Below are positions 57,408-64,000 of a stretch of DNA of 64,000 nucleotides, in pieces. The notes beneath the pieces are model-generated. The model was given only the letters and a program-made list of their open reading frames with translations, had not been told where the DNA came from and did not search any database. Each line of letters opens with the position of its first letter. Position 1 is the first letter of the stretch. This stretch comes from Candidatus Nomurabacteria bacterium (lineage in GTDB: Bacteria > Patescibacteriota > Minisyncoccia > Phycocordibacterales > UBA9973). The stretch lies in contig CAWJHU010000001.1 of NCBI GenBank assembly GCA_963842815.1, forward strand, positions 179,020 to 243,019, read 5' to 3'. A program made the translations under genes and the position numbers.

Positions 57408-59153
57408 ATGCAGAGATATGATGAACTGTTGCGGACAATTTTAGGGAAAAGAGGTATAAAAACTCCGGAGGAAGCGGAGATTTTTTTGAATCCGGATTTT
57501 GAAAGGGATTTGCACGACCCATTCAAGATGAAAGATATGGAAAAAGCTTGCGTGAAGCTTTTTGAGGCCATAGACAGCAAAGAAAAAATCGTTATTTATG
57601 CGGATTACGATTGCGACGGCATTCCCGGGGCGGTTATTTTGGAAGATTTATTCAAAAAAATCGGTTTTACGAATTATGAAATTTATATTCCCGGAAGAAA
57701 TTCCGAAGGCTACGGGCTTAATCCTTCTGCCATAAAACAATTTGCAAAAGATAAGGTAAAACTTTTAATAACTGTTGACCTGGGGATTACGGCAGTGGCT
57801 GAAGTGGCCCAAGCGGAAGTTGAGGGAATTGAAGTGATTATTACCGACCATCACCTGCCGAAACAGAAAGTTCAGGGTGTAAAAAATTCTCCCGCCTTCG
57901 CCCTCGGAGACAAAAAGACAGGGGACCCACGGCTCCTTAATTTTTTACACCCCGAACTTTCTTTACCGAAAGCTTATGCAATATTAAATCCGAAGGTGGA
58001 TAATTATCCTGAAAAAATGTTATGTGGAGCAGGAGTAGTTTTTAAATTTGTGCAAGGATTTGTAAAAAAATACGGCGAATTTTATAAAATAAATATCGGT
58101 TGGGAAAAATGGCTTATGGATATGGCGGGGTTGGCCACTCTTTCCGACCTGGTTCCTCTTTTGGGAGAGAACAGAGCCATCGCTTATTTTGGGATGAAAG
58201 TTTTAAGAAAATCTTCCCGTCCCGGCCTGCAAAAACTTCTAGCCAAAATGAATATTGACCAAAAATATCTGACCGAAGATGATATCGGTTTTATGGTGGT
58301 GCCCAGACTGAATGCCGCTTCCCGGATGGATGACCCCATGAAGGCCTATGAACTTCTTTCCACAAGCGATGAGGTGAAAGCGGGAGTAATTGCCGGCCAC
58401 TTATCAAAAATAAATGATGATAGAAAAATAATGGTTGCCGGCATTATGCGGGAAGTGAATAAAAAATTTGAAAAACGCAAAATGGGAGAAGTTATCGTGA
58501 TAGGCAATCCGCAGTGGCGGGTGGGGGTTCTCGGGCTGGTGGCCGCCAAAATATCGGAAGAACACAAAAAACCCGTTTTCGTTTGGGGAAAAGATGAAAA
58601 TGACCTTATCAAGGGTTCCTGTCGTTCCGATGGATCGGTGTCCGTTGTGGAACTTATGACCGAAACAAGTGAATTTTTTGCGGAATTCGGCGGACACGAA
58701 TTTGCCGGCGGTTTTACGGTGCACAACGACAAAATTCATTTTTTAGAAGAAGCCCTTTCTCTTTCTTATAATAAAGTGAAGCGCGATAAAACGGAAAGTG
58801 AAATAGTTTATGATATTAAATCCGATTTAGGCGTAGTAAATATGAAAAATTGGAAAGAAATGGAAAAACTTGCCCCCTTCGGTCTGGCTAATCCCAAGCC
58901 AATTTTTCTTTTTGAAGGAGCAAAAATAGAAAATATTAAAAAATTCGGGAAAAACGGTTCCGGAGAACATTTGGAAATTACTTTTTCCGATGCAAGCAAA
59001 AATAAAGTTAAGGCAATTTCTTTTTTCTCAAATAATGAATCTTTTAAAGTTCCTTTATCGGAAAATTTAAAAGTAAATCTTTTGGCCACCTTTGATTTGT
59101 CTAGGTTTAGGGGCAAAGTTGAGTTAAGATTAAGAGTGGAAGACATTTATTAA
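57408..59153 (+). CDS. recJ: ssDNA exonuclease RecJ
   Basis: DYDCDG, TDHH, PRLNAASR, GSCRS, GGH..AGG. Confidence 0.93.
   Translation: MQRYDELLRTILGKRGIKTPEEAEIFLNPDFERDLHDPFKMKDMEKACVKLFEAIDSKEKIVIYADYDCDGIPGAVILEDLFKKIGFTNYEIYIPGRNSEGYGLNPSAIKQFAKDKVKLLITVDLGITAVAEVAQAEVEGIEVIITDHHLPKQKVQGVKNSPAFALGDKKTGDPRLLNFLHPELSLPKAYAILNPKVDNYPEKMLCGAGVVFKFVQGFVKKYGEFYKINIGWEKWLMDMAGLATLSDLVPLLGENRAIAYFGMKVLRKSSRPGLQKLLAKMNIDQKYLTEDDIGFMVVPRLNAASRMDDPMKAYELLSTSDEVKAGVIAGHLSKINDDRKIMVAGIMREVNKKFEKRKMGEVIVIGNPQWRVGVLGLVAAKISEEHKKPVFVWGKDENDLIKGSCRSDGSVSVVELMTETSEFFAEFGGHEFAGGFTVHNDKIHFLEEALSLSYNKVKRDKTESEIVYDIKSDLGVVNMKNWKEMEKLAPFGLANPKPIFLFEGAKIENIKKFGKNGSGEHLEITFSDASKNKVKAISFFSNNESFKVPLSENLKVNLLATFDLSRFRGKVELRLRVEDIY
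57865..57962. repeat. Hairpin element in-frame in recJ
   Basis: 24-bp IR agaaagttcagggtgtaaaaaatt/aattttttacaccccgaactttct just after the DHH motif. Confidence 0.88.
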
Positions 59154-59161
59154 TAAAGATT

Positions 59162-59632
59162 ATGGAAAAAGCAAGAACAATAATTTATACGGATGGAGCG
59201 GCAAGAGGGAATCCCGGCAAGGCAGGTTGGGGCGCTATTTTAATTGACGGAAAAAAAGTTTTTGAAATTGGCGGAGCATCAAAGCATGCGACAAATAATC
59301 AAATGGAGCTTACCGGGCCCATTGAGGCGCTGAAACATATTAAAAAAACGGAAAAAAATGTCTCCATAGAAATTTTTTCCGATTCAAAATACGTTATTTT
59401 GGGAATTACCGAATGGATTTTCAATTGGCAGAAAAATAATTGGAGAAATGCTGCCAAAAAGACGGTTTTAAATAAGGAACTTTGGGAAGAACTTTATGAA
59501 CTTTCAAAATTATTTAAAATCAAATGGATTTATGTGGAAGGGCATAGTGGCCATAAATGGAACGAAAGAGCGGATGAAATAGCCACCAATTTTGCGGATG
59601 GCGTTGCGATGAAACTTAAAAAAGAAAAATAA
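59162..59632 (+). CDS. rnhA: Ribonuclease HI
   Basis: YTDGA.RGNPG, TNNQMEL, DSKYV, GHSG..WNERAD. Confidence 0.95.
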   Translation: MEKARTIIYTDGAARGNPGKAGWGAILIDGKKVFEIGGASKHATNNQMELTGPIEALKHIKKTEKNVSIEIFSDSKYVILGITEWIFNWQKNNWRNAAKKTVLNKELWEELYELSKLFKIKWIYVEGHSGHKWNERADEIATNFADGVAMKLKKEK

Positions 59633-59639
59633 TTTTTAA

Positions 59640-61115
59640 ATGCAAGAGAAAATCTTTTATGCATCTTGTTTTGGTTTTGTTCTAGGAGTGCTATTGCGCT
59701 CTTTTGTTTTTATAAATGCATATTTTGCCATTCTGCTGGGATTTATCTCTTTAACTTTGTTCTTATTTTTTATTTTTATTTCAAAAAACAAGTGGGGTGT
59801 TATTGTTTCTATTTTTATTTTCACATTTTCCTTCGGCATTTTCAGATTTCAAATGGTGGATGTTCCTGCGCCGATTATTTTTGAATCCAATGTGAACCAA
59901 AAGGTTTCTTTCTCTGGAGAAATCGTAGATGAACCAAGTATTGGAGAAAATAATCAAAAATTTACCGTGGAAATACAAAATGGCAAAGATAAAACAAAAA
60001 TTTTAACGACCGCAGATATTAATATTGATTTAAAATATGGCGACCGGATAAATTTAATAGGAACTTTGGGAAAACCGGACAATTTTATGACCGACCAGGG
60101 CATTGAATTTGACTATGTGAATTATTTGCGCAAAGACGGAGTGTTTTACGTGATGCGTTATCCGAAAATTGAAATTGTATCTCGGGGGAATGGAAATTTT
60201 ATAAAAAATGCGCTGTTTTATGCCAAAGAAATATTTTTAGCCAAAATGAATTTGGCTATCAGAGAACCCGAATCATTGCTCATGGGCGGGCTTATTCTGG
60301 GGGAAAAAGCTTCCTTTGACCATTCTTTAGCCCAGAGTTTTATAAATACGGGCACCATACACATCGTGGCGCTTTCCGGCTACAACGTAACCATTGTGGC
60401 CGAATGGATTATGAAACTACTTTCCTCTTTCCCAAAAAATATCGGCATCGGGGCTGGAATAATTTCTATTCTGCTTTTTGTCCTGATGACCGGCGGGTCT
60501 TCCACGGCGATCCGGGCAGGCATAATGGCGACTTTGGCTTTATCGGCCCGTCTTATCGGCAGAAATTATGACGTAGCGCGGGCGCTGATTCTGGCCGGGG
60601 TTGCGATGATTTTAATAAATCCATTTGTTCTGGCTTTTGATGTTTCTTTCCAGCTTTCTTTTATTGCCACAGTAGCTGTAATATTTTTTTCACCCAAAAT
60701 TGAAAAGTATTTTTTATGGATTACGCCCCGTTTGGGTTTGCGAGATATCGTATGTGTGACTTGTGCTGCTTATATTTTTGTCATGCCCTTTATTCTTTAT
60801 AAAATGGGGAATCTATCCTTGGTCGCGTTGCCGACCAATGTTTTAATTTTACCCATTATTCCGCTCACTATGATTTTCGGTTTTTTAACCGGATTCGCGG
60901 GACTTGTTTGGTATATGTTTTCTGTTCCGTTTGGTTTTATTTCATATTTAATGCTTCATTATGAATTGGCTGTCATAAATTTTTTCTCCAACGTTCCATT
61001 TGCCTCGTTGTCTATTCCAAATTTTCCATTTTTTCTGGTGTTGTTAATTTATATCTATTTTATTTACAAACTTTTTGGCAGAAGTATAAAAAGTTTTTTT
61101 ATTGCGCCTCAATAA
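59640..61115 (+). CDS. comEC: ComEC membrane DNA-uptake domain protein
   Basis: HIVALSGYN, RAGIM, SFQLSF. Confidence 0.9.
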   Translation: MQEKIFYASCFGFVLGVLLRSFVFINAYFAILLGFISLTLFLFFIFISKNKWGVIVSIFIFTFSFGIFRFQMVDVPAPIIFESNVNQKVSFSGEIVDEPSIGENNQKFTVEIQNGKDKTKILTTADINIDLKYGDRINLIGTLGKPDNFMTDQGIEFDYVNYLRKDGVFYVMRYPKIEIVSRGNGNFIKNALFYAKEIFLAKMNLAIREPESLLMGGLILGEKASFDHSLAQSFINTGTIHIVALSGYNVTIVAEWIMKLLSSFPKNIGIGAGIISILLFVLMTGGSSTAIRAGIMATLALSARLIGRNYDVARALILAGVAMILINPFVLAFDVSFQLSFIATVAVIFFSPKIEKYFLWITPRLGLRDIVCVTCAAYIFVMPFILYKMGNLSLVALPTNVLILPIIPLTMIFGFLTGFAGLVWYMFSVPFGFISYLMLHYELAVINFFSNVPFASLSIPNFPFFLVLLIYIYFIYKLFGRSIKSFFIAPQ

Positions 61116-61692
61116 AATTTTTCTCAATATTTTCCCAATTTATATTCTCAAAAAAAGCATCTATATATTTTTTCTTTTCTGAGGTTGGGTAGTCATAAAT
61201 ATAAGCATGTTCCCACATATCAATACCTAGAATCCAACTGAGCCCATTTAATTGCCCCATGTGCTGTTCATCTATCCAGGCAGGAATAATTTGTTTTGTT
61301 TCTTTGTCCCAATACAACACTGCCCAACCAATACCGCGGGTCATCGCTAAATTTTTGAACATGGGCAGCCATTTTTCAAAATCAGGCACATATTTTTCTA
61401 TGGCTTTTTTAAATTGAGAATTTACCGGCAGCGGTTTTGCTCCTCCTTCCAAAAATTTGAAGTAATATTCATGATTTCTCATGCCGTTGAACTCAAAACC
61501 CAATCTTCTTTGCAATTCGCCTATAACATAAGCATTTTTTTCAGGGTCGGCCATATATTCTGCCATTTTTTCAAAGATAAGATTGGAATGTTTTACGTAG
61601 CCAGCATAAAGTTTCAAATGTTCCTCCACATTCTTTTCCGAGATACCTTTCAGCTTGGGAATATTAAAAGTTTTTTGTTTAAACATATCCAT
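61099..61692 (-). CDS. Fe/Mn superoxide dismutase family protein
   Basis: NHEYY, GIGWA, DMWEHAY. Confidence 0.9.
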   Translation of the reverse strand: MDMFKQKTFNIPKLKGISEKNVEEHLKLYAGYVKHSNLIFEKMAEYMADPEKNAYVIGELQRRLGFEFNGMRNHEYYFKFLEGGAKPLPVNSQFKKAIEKYVPDFEKWLPMFKNLAMTRGIGWAVLYWDKETKQIIPAWIDEQHMGQLNGLSWILGIDMWEHAYIYDYPTSEKKKYIDAFFENINWENIEKNFIEAQ

Positions 61693-61765
61693 AATAACTT
61701 TTATTGTATTACTTATCGGATGAAAATGCTATGAAGTAGCGTATTTCACGTGCTAGTATTACTAA

Positions 61766-62635
61766 ATGTTTGAAAATTGTAAAAAATATTGGTTGACTCT
61801 CTTTGCTTTTTTGCTTTTGGTAGGAAATATTTTTATTTTTTATCTTGATTGGCAAAATTCTCACAGGGTTCTTACTTTTGCCATGCTGGATGTGGGGCAA
61901 GGGGATGGGCTTTTTATTGAATCTCCGACCGGGACGCAAATATTAGTTGACGGCGGTCCTCCCAAAAAAATTTTAAGCCAGCTTGCCCGAGTAATGTCTC
62001 CTTTTGACAGGGAAATAGACGCGCTCATTATCAGCAATCCGGATGCGGACCATATCGGCGGATTTTTGGATGTTTTAAAAATTTATAAAGTGGGTGAAGT
62101 GTTTGAGGCCGGAGCCTTGACCGATTCCAAGACATATCAAAACCTGAGAGATGAAATGAAAAAAGAAAATATTCCCGATTTTCTGGCAAAAAGAGGAATG
62201 AGATTGGACCTAGGCGGGGGAGTAATGCTTGATATTTTATTTCCGGACCGGGATGTTTCTTCCTGGGCGACCAACGACGGTTCCGTGGTGGCAAAACTTT
62301 CCTATGGCAATACTTCCGTGATGTTGACAGGCGACGCCACTTTCAAAACAGAAAAAATAATTCTTGGAGAAAATTCAGCGGCACAACTTCACAGCACAAT
62401 TTTAAAAGTAGGGCACCATGGTTCCCGCACTTCTTCTTCGCCGGAATTTGTGAAAGCTGTTTCTCCGACCTATGCTCTTATCTCGGATGGCAAGGATAAT
62501 AAATACGGCCATCCGCACCAAGAAACGCTGGATACTCTGGCTTTATTCGGTGCAAAAATTTTCAGGACTGATTTGCTGGGCACTATTGTTATGAAATCCG
62601 ATGGCGTAAATCCCTTGTTTTATTTCCAAAAGTAA
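61766..62635 (+). CDS. ComEC-associated metallo-beta-lactamase-fold nuclease
   Basis: LDVGQGD, PDADHIGG, KVGHHGS, YGHPH. Confidence 0.9.
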   Translation: MFENCKKYWLTLFAFLLLVGNIFIFYLDWQNSHRVLTFAMLDVGQGDGLFIESPTGTQILVDGGPPKKILSQLARVMSPFDREIDALIISNPDADHIGGFLDVLKIYKVGEVFEAGALTDSKTYQNLRDEMKKENIPDFLAKRGMRLDLGGGVMLDILFPDRDVSSWATNDGSVVAKLSYGNTSVMLTGDATFKTEKIILGENSAAQLHSTILKVGHHGSRTSSSPEFVKAVSPTYALISDGKDNKYGHPHQETLDTLALFGAKIFRTDLLGTIVMKSDGVNPLFYFQK

Positions 62636-62653
62636 TAGTGCTACAATAAAACT

Positions 62654-63841
62654 ATGAAAGACAAACAAATAGAAAAGTTAATAAAAGCCGAAGAAAAAAG
62701 ACAAAAAAAAGTCATTAATCTGATACCCTCGGAAAATTATGTTTCCAAAGATGTTTTAACTGCCCTAGGCTCAATTTTTGATAATAAATATGCCGAAGGA
62801 TACCCTTTTGCCCGATATTACGGGGGGCAAGTGAATGTGGATAAACTGGAAACTCTCTGCCAGGAACGCGCCCTGAAACTTTTTAAATTAAAACCCGACC
62901 TATGGCATGTGAATGTGCAGCCGCTTTCCGGTTCGCCCGCAAATTTATCCGTATATCTAGCGCTTGCCCCCCGAGGGGGCAAGATTATGGGTTTACCTCT
63001 TTCTTCCGGAGGACATCTTACTCACGGACAAAAAGTTTCCATCACAGGAAAAGTTTGGGAACAGTTACCCATCGTTCTAAATTTAAAAACCGAGTTGATT
63101 GATTACGTAAAAATGAAAGAAGATGCAATGCGGGAAAAACCTTCTGTTATTGTCGTTGGTTTTACCGCTTACCCTCGCGTTGTTGATTTTAAAAAATGTC
63201 GCGAAGTGGCTGACGCCTGCGGCGCTTTTCTGATGGTAGATATGTCGCATTTTGCCGGATTGGTTGCGGGAGGAGTTTATCCGACGCCCTTTGAATATGC
63301 CGATGTTGTTACCACCACCACACACAAAACTTTAAGAGGCCCCCGCAGTGCCATGATTTTTTGCAGAAAAGATAAAAAAGTAGGAGATAAAAATATTTCT
63401 AGCCTGATTGATAAGGCGATTTTTCCGGGATTACAGGGCGGTCCGCATTTGGGGCAGATTGCCGGGGTGGCAGTGATGCTGAAAGAAGATGCTACTCCAG
63501 CTTTTAAAAAATACGCCAAGCAAATTATAAAAAATGCCAAAGTTTTTGCCGATGAATTGCAAAAACTTGGCTGGCGCATTGTTTCCGGTGGTACAGATTC
63601 CCATTTAATTTTAATGGATACCTGGATGGATGGAAAGGGCATTTCGGGCAAAGAAGCGGAAGCGAAACTTGAAAAAGCGGGTATTATTTGCAACAAAAAC
63701 ACCATTCCGGGAGAAACTCGTTCTCCATTTGACCCCAGTGGCATACGTATGGGCACTCCGGCCGAAACGACTCGGGGCAGAAAAGAAAAAGATTTCATCA
63801 AAATTGCCAGACAAATGGATAAAGTTTTGAGAGGAAAATAA
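62654..63841 (+). CDS. glyA: Serine hydroxymethyltransferase
   Basis: LIPSENY, YAEGYP, GGHLTHG, TTTHKTLRGPR. Confidence 0.96.
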   Translation: MKDKQIEKLIKAEEKRQKKVINLIPSENYVSKDVLTALGSIFDNKYAEGYPFARYYGGQVNVDKLETLCQERALKLFKLKPDLWHVNVQPLSGSPANLSVYLALAPRGGKIMGLPLSSGGHLTHGQKVSITGKVWEQLPIVLNLKTELIDYVKMKEDAMREKPSVIVVGFTAYPRVVDFKKCREVADACGAFLMVDMSHFAGLVAGGVYPTPFEYADVVTTTTHKTLRGPRSAMIFCRKDKKVGDKNISSLIDKAIFPGLQGGPHLGQIAGVAVMLKEDATPAFKKYAKQIIKNAKVFADELQKLGWRIVSGGTDSHLILMDTWMDGKGISGKEAEAKLEKAGIICNKNTIPGETRSPFDPSGIRMGTPAETTRGRKEKDFIKIARQMDKVLRGK

Positions 63842-63844
63842 TTT

Positions 63845-64000
63845 ATGGCAAGAAAAGGCAAACTCATAGTCATTGACGGCACAGATGGAAGCGGGAAGGC
63901 GACCCAGGTTGCACTTTTGGCGAAGAGATTAAAAAATGAAGGTAAAACAATAAAAATAGTTGATTTTCCGGAATATTATAAAAATTTTTTCGGTGCATTT
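63845..64000 (+). CDS. tmk: Thymidylate kinase (partial)
   Basis: MARKGKLIVIDGTDGSGKATQ. Confidence 0.85.
   Translation, partial: MARKGKLIVIDGTDGSGKATQVALLAKRLKNEGKTIKIVDFPEYYKNFFGAF

Overview
AT-rich bacterial chromosome segment. The taxon is inferred, not proven: most likely Patescibacteria/CPR (Parcubacteria-like), based on compact housekeeping genes, type IV pilus/competence genes, Cys-rich secreted proteins and pervasive leaderless promoters. Backbone: rsmA, pcrA/uvrD, LysM-M23, ZIP, yraN, 5 tRNAs, cca, murI, xth, xer recombinase, rpsO, pnp, comM, lexA-like, HU, rny, clpP, tig, hppA, tyrS, nusA, pilB/pilC plus minor pilins, tpiA, pgk, recJ, rnhA, comEC, sod, glyA, tmk. Several core genes carry 1-nt frameshifts that look like long-read errors. 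Unexplained structure: (1) a dispersed family of 70-120 bp hairpin elements with conserved cores but copy-specific stems, inserted between genes and in-frame inside rsmA, pcrA, cca, murI, tig and recJ, with an IR-bounded GIY-YIG nuclease gene as candidate mobiliser; (2) a 37.6-45 kb array in which T9SS-sorting-domain secreted-protein genes (3 intact, 1 remnant), each intact copy under the same duplicated promoter, alternate with antitoxin-less MazF/NYN RNase genes, each paired with its own promoter-driven small structured RNA; (3) a parS cluster with a DnaA box at a gene-strand switch near 11.3-12.3 kb.
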